Translations under genes and position numbers: made by a program
The notes under the pieces: model-generated
The model's database searches: none
What the model saw: only the letters and a program-made list of their open reading frames with translations
Told to the model about the DNA's origin: nothing
Origin: Thermoplasmata archaeon
GTDB taxonomy: Archaea > Thermoplasmatota > Thermoplasmata > Lutacidiplasmatales > UBA184
Length of the DNA stretch: 55,704 nt
Reading direction: 5' to 3'
NCBI GenBank assembly: GCA_035502055.1
Contig: DATJVB010000019.1
Coordinates: 1-55,704, forward strand
In this document: positions 23,065 to 32,982 of the stretch, piece after piece
Numbering within the stretch: position 1 is the stretch's first letter
Layout of the letters: each line of letters opens with the position of its first letter

Positions 23065-23205
23065 TCCGCCGGGGGCGGGCGCCGCAGGCGCCTGGGAGGA
23101 ACGACGGCCGACTTCGAGCGCGGAACGGACCCGCTGTGGGCCGGCCCCCGGGACCCGATCGTCCTCCTGCCGACCGAAGGAGGCGGGCGGGACGCTTGGG
23201 CCGCG

Positions 23206-23658
23206 GTGCGACCGCGGCTCGAGTCCGCCCTCGAGCTCGTTTCCCCCGGCGACCCGATCCCGGACGCCGCGGCGTTCGCCCGCGTCCTCCGGGTGGGGGG
23301 ACGGTACCCCGTCCATCTGGTCGCGGAAGGGGCGTCGATCCACCTCGCCCTCGCGATCGCGGACGCGGACCCGGACCTGCTGCGCAGCCTCGTCCTCGTA
23401 GACCCGGCGCCGGTCCCCCCGGCCCCGCCCGAGGGGGAGCGGGTGTCGGTCGACTTCCTAGGTCCGGCCGTTGTCGTGGCGGGCGCCGAGGGGAGCGCCG
23501 ACACCATCGCACGATGCAGGGCCCTCGTCGCTCGCCTCCCGGGGGGCCGCCTTCTGCTTCTACCGGGCACTGGAGACGGCGTCGCCCGGACGGATCCCGG
23601 CCGCCTCGCCGCGGTCATCCTCATGATATGCGTCGAGCGGGATGTTCCCGGCGCATGA
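23206..23658 (+). pseudogene. Alpha/beta-hydrolase-fold remnant lacking Ser and His catalytic residues and a canonical start for its N-terminal strands
   Basis: The frame is open from 23062 and encodes DPIVLLPTEGGGRDAW, a hydrolase beta-strand and oxyanion region. The first ATG/GTG/TTG is GTG 23206. The nucleophile elbow reads VAEGAS and the His position reads GTGDG. It may still be expressed as a 150-aa protein. Confidence 0.4.
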
Positions 23659-24218
23659 CCCTCGCCCAGCGGTCCTCCCGCGGGGCCCGGGTCGCCGCGC
23701 GCGTCCCGGTCTCGTACTCGTTCCGTCGGGCGGGAACCGACGACGTGGACCTGCTGACGGAGCACCGGATCGCGATGTATCGCGCGATCCGCCGGTTCCC
23801 GCCGTCGATTTGGCCCGAGCACCGGCGGCGGTACCGCCGATGGCTGCGTTCGCGCCTCCGGACCGGGGCGGTGGTCGGGTACGTCGTCTCCGGCGCCGAC
23901 CGCGAACCGGTCGCGAGCGGTCTCCTCTGGTTCCAGCCCACCCAGCCTCGGCCGGGCGCCCCCCAGGAGACAACCCCCTACGTCTTCTCCATGTACACGC
24001 GGCAGGGGCACCGGGGCCACGGGCTCGCGACCGCGATCGTGGCCCGGCTCGTCCGGATCGCCCGCCGGCGCGGGTATGGACGGGTCGTCCTGCATGCCTC
24101 GGTACAGGGGCGTTCGGTCTACCGGAAGCTGGGGTTCCAGCGGACGCACGAGATGCGGCTCATCCTCCGGCGGGCTCCCGGCCGGGCCTCGCGAGCCGGC
24201 CGGCCGAATCGGTCATAG
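23655..24218 (+). CDS. GNAT-family N-acetyltransferase
   Basis: ATG 23655 overlaps the upstream TGA as ATGA. 187 aa. Motif RQGHRGHGLATAIVARLV. Confidence 0.8.
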   Translation: MTLAQRSSRGARVAARVPVSYSFRRAGTDDVDLLTEHRIAMYRAIRRFPPSIWPEHRRRYRRWLRSRLRTGAVVGYVVSGADREPVASGLLWFQPTQPRPGAPQETTPYVFSMYTRQGHRGHGLATAIVARLVRIARRRGYGRVVLHASVQGRSVYRKLGFQRTHEMRLILRRAPGRASRAGRPNRS

Positions 24219-24250
24219 CCCGGGTCCGCCATGGCGTCCCGGGGGACCCC

Positions 24251-24490
24251 ATGGCAAGAACGGAGCGAGCGGGCGAAGCACCCGGACTGAGCGGCATCGT
24301 AGAGGCACTCACGGACAAGCAGGGTCAGATCGATCTCCGCCTCGACCACGTGGGCGTGTCGATCCCCGGCTGGCCGATCGGGATCGAGCTCAACGGCATC
24401 GTGACGGTGTCGGTCCATCTCCGGGAGCTCGCGGAGGAGGAGCGCCGGGCCCACATCGCCCGGACCGTCGCCGCGGTGCGGCCGGCGTAA
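24251..24490 (+). CDS. Small hypothetical protein (79 aa)
   Basis: ATG ORF at the end of a shadow ORF with balanced composition (LRLDHVGVSIPGWPIGIELNGIVTVSVHLRELAEEE). No family recognised. Confidence 0.45.
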   Translation: MARTERAGEAPGLSGIVEALTDKQGQIDLRLDHVGVSIPGWPIGIELNGIVTVSVHLRELAEEERRAHIARTVAAVRPA

Positions 24491-24549
24491 GCCCCGGTCT
24501 CTCCCGGCCGCTTGCGCGTGATTCCCGCCGGGCCGGCACGGCCGTCAGG

Positions 24550-24557
24550 TCTATAAT
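24550..24557 (+). promoter_or_regulatory. TATA box (TCTATAAT), leaderless geometry for the thermopsin-like gene
   Basis: Centre lies 28 nt upstream of GTG 24582. Confidence 0.45.
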
Positions 24558-24581
24558 CCCACGACGGGTCGTTCCGGCGCC

Positions 24582-26765
24582 GTGCTCCGACCCGTCCGCC
24601 GGCCCCGCGTGGTGGGCCCCGCGCTGATCGCGATCGCCGTCCTCCTCACGCTGCCGACGGGACTCGCGACCGCCGGCGCGGGACCGGCCCCCGCGACGCC
24701 GCACCGGGGCGCCGGTGGCGGTCCGGCGAGCGGCGCCCCCGGCCCAGCCGCGGGCCCGACGGGCCCGGTCCTCGTCTCCCGCCCCGCGGTCCTCCCCGCG
24801 GGAGAGAGCCGGCCGCTCGCGAGCGCCGTCGACCCGTACTTCCGCTCCGGGGAGCCCGCACCGATGGGGATCGCCGACTACGGCATCAACGCGCAGGGGA
24901 TCGGCTACTCCTACTCGACACCGATCTTCCAGTCGTACGCCAACATCAGCCGCCTCCTCGCCTGGGCGCCGACGGACACGGAGGCGAACAGCGTCGTCAC
25001 GTTCCAGCTCAACGTCGTGGTGAAGCTCGTCCGCCCCGCCCCGTCGTCCGGGACGTACGCGTTCTGGATCCAGGACGTCGTCGACGTCGACACCGCGGCG
25101 AACGGCTACTACTTCCTCGACAACATCTGGAACCTGAGCGCCGGCACCGGTGCGATGGACAGCCACTCGGTCCAAGGGAAGGGGACGGTCTGCACGTACT
25201 CGTCGTGCGGCCTCTCGTGGTACTACTACACCGCGCCCACGAACACGCCGGGCGACGGGGCGGTCCGGAGCTACCCCACGGTCCTCGAGGAGCGGGTGCA
25301 GACCGGCCTCACGGCCGGGAACGTCCCGTACGTCGGGTTCGAGTACTTCGACCCCGGCGTGGGGTGGATCACGTACGACAACTGCACGTTCCCGTTCGCG
25401 AGCGGCTTCACCGACGCGGGGTTCACCGTCGACGGGAGCCAGTACACGCCGATCGGCGTGTTCTGGAACGCCGAGTGGGACTACACGGGGACGTCGGGGT
25501 CGTCGGCGCAGGTCGACCGGAACACGTCGATGCAGATGGGGCTCGAGTACTGGAACGGCCACGACTTCCAGGCGCTACCGGAGGCGTACGACTTCGGCGC
25601 GAACACGGCCGAGGTCATCCAGGGGGTCCACGTCGGGCTCTCGGACGGATCCGCGAACGGCTCGCTGACGGCGAACGTCTCGAACGGCAGCGGTGAGCTC
25701 GATGAGCTGTACACGAACTCCGACGTCGCCACGCTCCAGGTCTCGACGCCGGACACGGCGAGCGGCACGATCGCGATCGGAGGCGCGCCGCACCCGTACC
25801 TCGGGGGGTCGGCGACGTTCACGCTCGCCCCGGGGACGTACCCGGTCGTCCTCGAGGGCCCGGACGGCGTCGTCGACGCGACCAACGTGACGCTCGCCGC
25901 CGGCGGAACGACCGACCTCACCCTTCGGACCCCGCCGCCGCCCGCGCTGTACTCCGTCTCCGTCGTCTCCTCCGGCCTCCCGCCCGGGACGGCGTTCGGG
26001 CTCACGCTCGGCGGGAGCAGCTACTCGATCTCCGGGAACGGCTACGAGCTCCCCGACCGTCCGAACGGGACGTACGACTTCGCGATCACGCCGATCGCCG
26101 GCTACACGACGAGCGCGTACCGGGGCACCCTCACCGTCGACGGGGCGTCCGTCGAGCTGCGCGTCGCGTGGACCCAGGTCGTCTACCCCGTCACCTTCAC
26201 CGAGTCCGGTCTCCCCGACGGGACGGCCTGGTCGGTCGTCCTCGACGGGAGCTCGATCGTCGCCGACGGCCCGTCGGTCACCGTCTCCGAGGCGAACGGC
26301 TCGATCCCGTACGCGATCGACGTCGGGATCACGTACGAGGCGAACCCCGCGACCGGAACGGTCGCCGTCGACGGGGGCCCCGTCGGCGTGCCGCTGTCGT
26401 TCACGCTGCGCCCGGGATACATCACCGGTACCGTCGACCCGCCGAGCGCGACCGTCCTCCTGGACGGGCAGGCGGTGACCGTCGAGGACGGCGTGTTCAA
26501 CGTCTCCGTCGTCCCGGGAAGCTACACCCTCGAGGTGATCGGGACGGGGTTCGCGACCTCGTTCGAGAACGTCTCGGTGGGGCCCGGCGCGACGACGTCC
26601 GTCGCCCTCGACCTCACCCCCGCTCCCGGCGCGGGCGGCGGATCGCCCGCCGCCTCGTCCGGCCCGACGATCGGGTTCGTGGAGGCGCTCCTCGTCATCG
26701 GCGCGGCGGTCGCCGTGGCCGCGGGGCTCCTCGGCGTCGTCGCGTGGCGCCGGCGGGCCCGCTGA
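24582..26765 (+). CDS. Thermopsin-family (peptidase A5) protease with C-terminal beta modules and TM anchor
   Basis: 727 aa. Signal peptide; PMGIADYGI, FQLNVVV and FWIQDVVDV thermopsin-like core. Modules VVSSGLPPGTAFGLTLGG and FTESGLPDGTAWSVVLDG. A CarboxypepD_reg-like module, a TM helix and WRRRAR tail. Confidence 0.8.
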   Translation: MLRPVRRPRVVGPALIAIAVLLTLPTGLATAGAGPAPATPHRGAGGGPASGAPGPAAGPTGPVLVSRPAVLPAGESRPLASAVDPYFRSGEPAPMGIADYGINAQGIGYSYSTPIFQSYANISRLLAWAPTDTEANSVVTFQLNVVVKLVRPAPSSGTYAFWIQDVVDVDTAANGYYFLDNIWNLSAGTGAMDSHSVQGKGTVCTYSSCGLSWYYYTAPTNTPGDGAVRSYPTVLEERVQTGLTAGNVPYVGFEYFDPGVGWITYDNCTFPFASGFTDAGFTVDGSQYTPIGVFWNAEWDYTGTSGSSAQVDRNTSMQMGLEYWNGHDFQALPEAYDFGANTAEVIQGVHVGLSDGSANGSLTANVSNGSGELDELYTNSDVATLQVSTPDTASGTIAIGGAPHPYLGGSATFTLAPGTYPVVLEGPDGVVDATNVTLAAGGTTDLTLRTPPPPALYSVSVVSSGLPPGTAFGLTLGGSSYSISGNGYELPDRPNGTYDFAITPIAGYTTSAYRGTLTVDGASVELRVAWTQVVYPVTFTESGLPDGTAWSVVLDGSSIVADGPSVTVSEANGSIPYAIDVGITYEANPATGTVAVDGGPVGVPLSFTLRPGYITGTVDPPSATVLLDGQAVTVEDGVFNVSVVPGSYTLEVIGTGFATSFENVSVGPGATTSVALDLTPAPGAGGGSPAASSGPTIGFVEALLVIGAAVAVAAGLLGVVAWRRRAR

Positions 26766-26772
26766 TCCGCCG

Positions 26773-27762
26773 TCAGGCGGTCGGCCGCCGGTACGCGGGG
26801 ACCGTCCACGCCCGGCGCGTCGTCGCCCGGCCGTCCGGCGCGAGGCGGACCCGGACGCCGAACGCCCGTCCGAAGGCGCTCACCTCGAGGGAGTACCACG
26901 TCGCCGACCACGCGCCGTCGGCCTCGGAGCGGGCCTCCCCGAAGTGGTACGTCTGGTCCAAGAGGCCGCTCGCGCGGCGCGCGATCGGGTACGACCGGGC
27001 GAGCGCGGCCGCCGCGTCGGTGACCGGCCCCGTCCCGCCGTCCGGCTCGATCGGCACGTCGATCGACCGGACCGGCCCGACGAGGCCCCGGCCGAACCGG
27101 TACAGGGCGAACGTCGTCCGGATCCGGCCCGCGGCGCGGACCTCCGAGAGGAGGAGCCAGTCGATCGGGTTCGTGAGCGGGACCGGCACGTCGAACGGCC
27201 CGTACGACCGGAGCCGGCGGCCGATCCACAGCCGGGCCGCGAGGCGGAGGGCGAAGTACGCGGCGTAGAACGCCATGAGGCCGTAGACCGTGAGGAGGTA
27301 GACCGGGAACGGCACCCGGCCCCGCTCGACGGCGAGGAGGAGGTAGAACGCGCCGATCGAGACGACGAGCGTGACGAAGTTGACCGCCCGGTCCGCGTCG
27401 AGCTCGAGCCGCGCCTCGGAGAACGGGAGGAGCGGCGGGACGCTGAAGTGGGTGAACCCGTCGGCCGCCACGTGGCCGAGCCCGGCGAGCTCCATCACGA
27501 CCACGTAGACGACCGGGTCGCCGGGCGCGAGCCGGGGCGCGAGGAGGCCGCCGCCGACGAGCGCGACGACGGTGACGCCGAGGATCGAGTGGGTGATCCC
27601 GTGGTGGCGGAGGATCGGGAACCGCCGGGCGAGGGGGAAGAGGAGGATGTCGGCGTCCGGGAGCCCGCCCGCGAGGGCGCCGGCGGCGAGGTACGTGGGG
27701 TTCGGACCGGCCACGCCGAAGGCGAGCAGGTAGCCGAGGAGCACGTGGGTGAACAGGTCCAC
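26773..27762 (-). CDS. Membrane-bound metal-dependent hydrolase (YdjM/DUF457-like) with soluble C-terminal domain
   Basis: GTG start, 329 aa. N-terminus MDLFTHVLLGYLL...HHGITHS...DGFTH is typical of DUF457. Confidence 0.7.
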   Translation of the reverse strand: MDLFTHVLLGYLLAFGVAGPNPTYLAAGALAGGLPDADILLFPLARRFPILRHHGITHSILGVTVVALVGGGLLAPRLAPGDPVVYVVVMELAGLGHVAADGFTHFSVPPLLPFSEARLELDADRAVNFVTLVVSIGAFYLLLAVERGRVPFPVYLLTVYGLMAFYAAYFALRLAARLWIGRRLRSYGPFDVPVPLTNPIDWLLLSEVRAAGRIRTTFALYRFGRGLVGPVRSIDVPIEPDGGTGPVTDAAAALARSYPIARRASGLLDQTYHFGEARSEADGAWSATWYSLEVSAFGRAFGVRVRLAPDGRATTRRAWTVPAYRRPTA

Positions 27763-27778
27763 GGGCGCCCCGGGGGGG

Positions 27779-28045
27779 CTAGAGGAGCCCCTCCTCCATC
27801 ACCTCGACGGAGGCGACGTGGGGGACCTTCGCGAGCGCCGCCTCCGCCTGCGGGAGGACCCCGCCGGCGTCCGGCATCACGACCGAGACGAGGAGGGACC
27901 TCAGGCCGTAGGCGATCTCCTTCACCTGGAGGCCCCGTAGGCGGACCGTCGTGGGGAGCGCCGCGCGGACCGCCTCGCCCATCGATCGCATGTCCGTCTC
28001 GACGCCCTCGGGCATCAGCCGGAACAGGACCGCGACCTCGCCCAT
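27779..28045 (-). CDS. ef1b: Translation elongation factor aEF-1 beta
   Basis: 88 aa. MGEVAVLFRLMPEGVETDM...AYGLRSLLVSVVMPD...VASVEV. Confidence 0.9.
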   Translation of the reverse strand: MGEVAVLFRLMPEGVETDMRSMGEAVRAALPTTVRLRGLQVKEIAYGLRSLLVSVVMPDAGGVLPQAEAALAKVPHVASVEVMEEGLL

Positions 28046-28052
28046 GGGGCGG

Positions 28053-28223
28053 CTACGGGCCCTCGAACCCGCACTGCCGGCACTTGTAGAGGACGCTCTG
28101 GTCGCGGCACCGGGGGCACCGGCCGATCGTGGTCGCCCCGCAGTCCGGGCACGGGAAGTGCGTCGCCCCGCGGGCGGAAAGGGCGAGCCCGCACGAGCTG
28201 CAGTTCACGTCGATCGCGCCCAC
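28053..28223 (-). CDS. Zn-ribbon protein of the type usually encoded next to aEF-1beta (DUF1610/COG2888-like)
   Basis: GTG 28221-28223 (alternative 28208), about 56 aa. Four CxxC pairs: CSSC...CPDC...CPRC...CRQC. Confidence 0.75.
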   Translation of the reverse strand: MGAIDVNCSSCGLALSARGATHFPCPDCGATTIGRCPRCRDQSVLYKCRQCGFEGP

Positions 28224-28231
28224 GGCCCCCC

Positions 28232-29059
28232 CTACTTGCGCCCGCGCCGGCGGCGGCGGCCGCCCACCAGGCTCACCCATATAAAGATGGCCAGGACGAA
28301 CGCCGCCGCCCCGGCGATGTACCACGGCGTGTCGTCCGGCGGCGCCGGCTGGACGTAGAACGTCTGCGTGTAGACCTGCTGGCCGCCCGGGAAGCCGACG
28401 AGGCCGTGCTCGCCGGCGACGTTGATCGAGAACGCGTGCCAGCCGGGCGAAAGGTCCGTCGCCACGTACCGGAACGAGAGCGGGTAGCTCTGGCCCGGGG
28501 TGAGCGACGGCACCGCGATCGAGCCGACCGGCGACCCGTCCAGCGTCACCGTGAGCGCGAAGGCGCTCACCGACGCGCCGCTCCCGACGAGCAGCGTCGT
28601 CGACAGGACGAACGGCTCCACGATCTCGACGAGCAGCGAGACGTTCGTCGTCGCGTTGACGCCGTTCAGCGTCGAGTTGATGGTCACCGTGAGCGTCACC
28701 GGCTCGGTGATGTTCCCCGCGGACAGGGTGAGGTTGATCGAGCCGTTCACGAGGACGCCGGTCGACGCGGGGCCGAAGGCGAGCCCCGTCGTGTTGACGG
28801 CGTAGAAGCTCGCGGAGTAGGTGTAGGTCCCGACGACCGTCCCGTTGAGCGCCTCGGCCGGCCCGCCGGTCGCGCTGATCTCGTACGACCGCGACTGGAG
28901 GGTGCCGATCGTCGTCGGTCCGGCGATGTTCGCGCTGAGCGGCGGGTACTGGCCCGCGCCCCGGGCCGGGGCCGCGAGCGCCGCGAGGCCGGCGGTAGCG
29001 GCGAGGAGGACGAGGCCGAGCGCGACGGCGGCGCCCGGCGCGGACCGGCGGCTCCTCAT
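28232..29059 (-). CDS. Sequon-rich secreted protein with C-terminal TM anchor, translationally coupled to aglB
   Basis: ATG 29057-29059 overlaps the aglB TGA as ATGA. 275 aa. Signal peptide MRSRRSAPGAAVALGLVLLAATAGLAALAAPARGA. Eight N-x-S/T sequons in about 100 aa. TM helix plus GGRRRRRGRK. Confidence 0.75.
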   Translation of the reverse strand: MRSRRSAPGAAVALGLVLLAATAGLAALAAPARGAGQYPPLSANIAGPTTIGTLQSRSYEISATGGPAEALNGTVVGTYTYSASFYAVNTTGLAFGPASTGVLVNGSINLTLSAGNITEPVTLTVTINSTLNGVNATTNVSLLVEIVEPFVLSTTLLVGSGASVSAFALTVTLDGSPVGSIAVPSLTPGQSYPLSFRYVATDLSPGWHAFSINVAGEHGLVGFPGGQQVYTQTFYVQPAPPDDTPWYIAGAAAFVLAIFIWVSLVGGRRRRRGRK

Positions 29060-32000
29060 CGGCGGCTCCACCGGCGGGTCCGCCACCACCGGTAGACGAC
29101 GAGCCCCACGAGGAGCGCGAACGTCGGCGAGAACGCGAGCACCGGCACGAGCCAGTCGGGGTACGGGCTCGGCGCGCCGACGGACGGTCCGGTGACGGTG
29201 AGGCCGGTGCCGTTCCCGAGCGAGACCGAGAGGACCGGGACGGGCAGTTTGAGCGTCGTCCGGGCCGAGAGGGTGCCGTTCGAGCCGACGAGGGCGAGGT
29301 CGACCTCCCCCGGCGCGACGGCGTACGGCGTCGTCGCGTTGAGCTTCACGGAGAACGTCGTGTTCGACTGGGGCGCGAGCGACGGCGGCGCGGTCACGGC
29401 GCCGGACCCCTGGTCGATCTCGGCCGTCCAGCCGTCGGCGGCGAGCGCGATCGGGTTCTCGACGGTGATCGTCTCGCGGACCGCGACGTTGCCGAGGTTC
29501 GCGATCCAGAACGAGACCGTCCCGCTCTTCGGCGCCACGCTCGTCCCGGACGCGGAGACCCCCGCCGACATCGAGACGTACGGCTCCGTCGCGATCGTCC
29601 AGACGGTCGCCGGCCCCGCGGCGGTGCCGTTCGCGTACTCGGCGAGGAGGCTCGCCGCCGGCGGCGCGGCGAGGGTGCCGGCCGGCACCCGCACCGTCGC
29701 GTCGACGGTCACGGAGTCGTTGCCGGGAAGCACGCCGAGGGAGGCGTTCGCCGGCGTGAGCGTGAAGTTCCAGGTCGAGGGGCTGCCGAGGAACGAGACC
29801 GCCGCCGGGGCGTTCCCGACGTTCCGGGCCACGAAGATGCCGTTCACCGTCTGCCCGCCGGGCACGACGAACGGGCCCGGGGTCACGAGGGTGAGGACCA
29901 CGCGGGGGGAGAGGTCGAAGGCGAGCCCGAGGTGCGTCGCCGCGTTCCCGGCGGCGAGCACGACGCTCGTCGACGCCGTGGCGTTCGCGCTGACGCCGTA
30001 CGGGCTCCCCGTCGACCGGGCCGAGACCGTGTAGATCCCGACGGGCAGCGCGAGCGCGAGGGGAGCGCCGAAGGCGGCCCCGGCGATCGTGAGGTTCGCC
30101 CCGGAGGCGCTCGCGACGGTGAGCGTCGGCGCCGAGACCGCCGCGCTCGACTGGGGCCGGGCGATCGTGACGGTGTCGGTCCACGTCGGCACGAGGGTGA
30201 GGGCGAGCGCCGTCGGGGCCGTCGCCGACACCGTGACCCGCGTGAGGTTGGCGAGGTTCGCGAACCCGGTGCCGCCCGTCGCGTACACCGCGTACGAGCC
30301 CGGCGCGAGGGAGGCGCTGAACGCCCCCGACGGGGCGGCGACGGAGACCGTGGCCGTCGACGGGTACGGCCCGACGAGCTCGATCGAGGCGGCGGCGGGA
30401 CCGGGGTACGCCCGGGCGACGACGGTGCCGTTGAGCGTCGCGGTGAGGGCCGTTCCCTCGAGGGTGACCTGGCAACCGGAGACGGGATACGCCGCGAAGC
30501 AGGTCGCGCCGGCGCTGGCGACGAACACCTCGTAGCGGGCCGTCGAGCCCACGCCGACGAGCTGCGTCGTGTTGACGAGCACCGTGTACGTGGCGTTCGC
30601 CGGCACCTCCGCCGTGAAGTTGCCGCCCACCGCGGCGGCGGCGACGGTGACGCCGGGGGGCCCGGCGAGCGTGACGCCGACGGTCCCGTTCGGCGGTCCT
30701 CCGGTCGAGAGGGCCAGCGAGCCGTTCAGCTCCGCAGCGGCCGACGTGACGGCGACCGCGGGCTGGATCGCGCCCGTCGCGTTGATCGTGACGGTGGAGA
30801 GCCCCGTGTACGTCGTCCCCGCGGACGACCCGTTGCCGGCGGCGACGCCCCGGGCGAAGGCCGTGTACGTCCCCGGCGGGGCGAAGAAGCCGGTCGTGAA
30901 GGTGTCCCCGCCGACGGTGAGATTCGCGGTGGCCGAGGAGAGCGAGAGGGCGACCGACGCGTTGAGGAGCCCCGTCGGCAGGACGAGCCCCCCGGCCGAG
31001 TCGACCTCGTGCCGGACCGTGAGGGTGAACGTCTCGCCCGCGGATCCGATGCCGATCGTCGCGTTGATCGGCGACGTCGGCCGAAGGAGGCCCGGGGCCA
31101 CGGGCGACGGGCCCCACGCCGTCACGGAGTACGTCCCGGGCGCGACGGAGAACGAGAACGTGGGACCGCCCGTCGCGTTCACCGTCGACGCCGTCGCGCT
31201 CTCGGCGGTGAAGTTGACGGTGACCTTCGACCCGCCGGGCAGCCCGAAGACGGTGAGGTTCACGGGGACCGGTGTGAGGCGGAGCGGGATCGTCGTCGCG
31301 GCCGTCAGGTCCGACGGGGTGAGCCCGCACGCGGCGTACGGCTCGAACCCCTCGGCCGCCACGGAGAGGCAGTACGAGGTGCCGGTCGGCACCGTCGCCG
31401 GGACCGTGAACGAGACGTTCCCGGCGCCGGTTGAGAGGGCGGCGACCGACCACCCCGTCGAGAGCCCGAGGCGGACTTCGGCGCGGGCGGCCGGGAAGAA
31501 CCCCGGCCCGTTGGTGTACGTCGGCGTGCCGACCTCCGCCGAGACCACCACCGACGGGCCGACCGGGAGATCGACGGTCGTCGGATAGACGAGGGTCACG
31601 TTCTTCGCCGCGGAGAGGACCGGCGCCGTCGCGTCCGTCGTGCTCGTCGGTTGGATCGCGAGGAGGCTGTACGTGCCCTGGGGCAGGTAGAGCGCCCAGT
31701 CGCCGGAGGCGTTCGCCACCGCGATCACGGACGCCCCGCGCGTGTCGTAGGCGGTGACCTTGGTCGGCGTCGTCGCCGAGGAGCTGCCGGCGGTCCCGTT
31801 CAGGCGGACGGCGGGGGCGAGGGAGAGGGGCGCGAGCTCGAGCGCGCCGACGCCGCTCGGGAGGTACGCCGACGAGAACCCGGCCTCGAGCGTCGTCCCG
31901 ACGAGCCCGAGCGCGTACAGGGAGTAGTTGCCCGTCGGGACCGTCGCCGAGACGAACCCGAAGGCGTTCGACGTGAAGACCGTCGAGTTCTGGGGGGAGA

Positions 32001-32982
32001 GCGGCGGGGCGGCGCCGATCGGCGCCGTCGACCCGTTGCCGGTCCCGGAGGAGCCGTTCCCCGCCGCGGCCGAGGCGATCGGGGTGAACCGGACGGGGAT
32101 CCCGGCGACCGGCTCGTCGTTCGCGAGGACCGCGACCTCGACCGTCGTCACCGGGACCGCGGTGAGGTTGACGACGGTCCGGGTGCCGGCGGTGGTGATC
32201 GAGAATGGGACCGCGACGGTCCCCCAGCCCATCGACGCCTCGGCGGCCCGGACGGAGTAGTTCCCCGGTCCAAGGTTCGGGATCGCGTACTCCCCGCTCT
32301 CGTTCGTGACCGCGGTGCCGACGACGCCGGTCGGCCCGCTCACGGTCACCGTGGCCCCCTGCGCGCCGAACCCGCCCTGCGGGATGAACACCTTCCCCGA
32401 GAGCGACGCGGGCGTGAGACCCGTCGTCGCGTTCTGCGTCGCCCCGGTGGAGAGCGTGAGCATCGGCTCGGTGAAGTTGGCGCCCTGGTAGCGCACCGAC
32501 ATGTTGTACACGCCGGGGGCGAGGCCGGTGACCGAGAACGCGCCGCTCGCGTCGGTCGGGACGGTGCGGGCGCCGCCGGGGCCCCCCCACAGGACGACCG
32601 ACGCGCCCGGGACGACCGAGTCGGTCCCCGCGATGTACGACGAGTTGTTCGCGTTGTTCCAGTAGAGGAAGCCGCTCACGGTCGCCGGCGCGAGGACGAT
32701 CGGCCGGACCAGGGCCGGGCTCTCCGGGTTGAGGCCCTGCGACGCCGCGATCGGGAGGTGGAGCGACACGAGCGTCGTCCCGCCCGACTCCGTGAGCGGG
32801 TTGAACGAGCCGGTGGTGACGTTGACCGTGTCGTTCCCGGGCGGGAGGACGACGGAGTACACCCCGTGGGCGTCGGTCTGGGCGATCATGTGGGGGATCC
32901 CCCAGCCGTCGTACACGGTCACGAGGGCGCCCGCGACGGGCGCCCCGCCGGGGAGCGTCACCGTCCCCGTCATCGTCTGGCC
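29056..32982 (-). repeat. Array of carboxypeptidase-regulatory/Ig-like beta-sandwich modules forming the AglB C-terminal extension
   Basis: Recurrent pattern GTVxxxxGxPVAGAxVTV...TDAxGxYSxxLxPGxY. About 40 N-x-S/T sequons by hand count. Boundaries are approximate. Confidence 0.6.
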
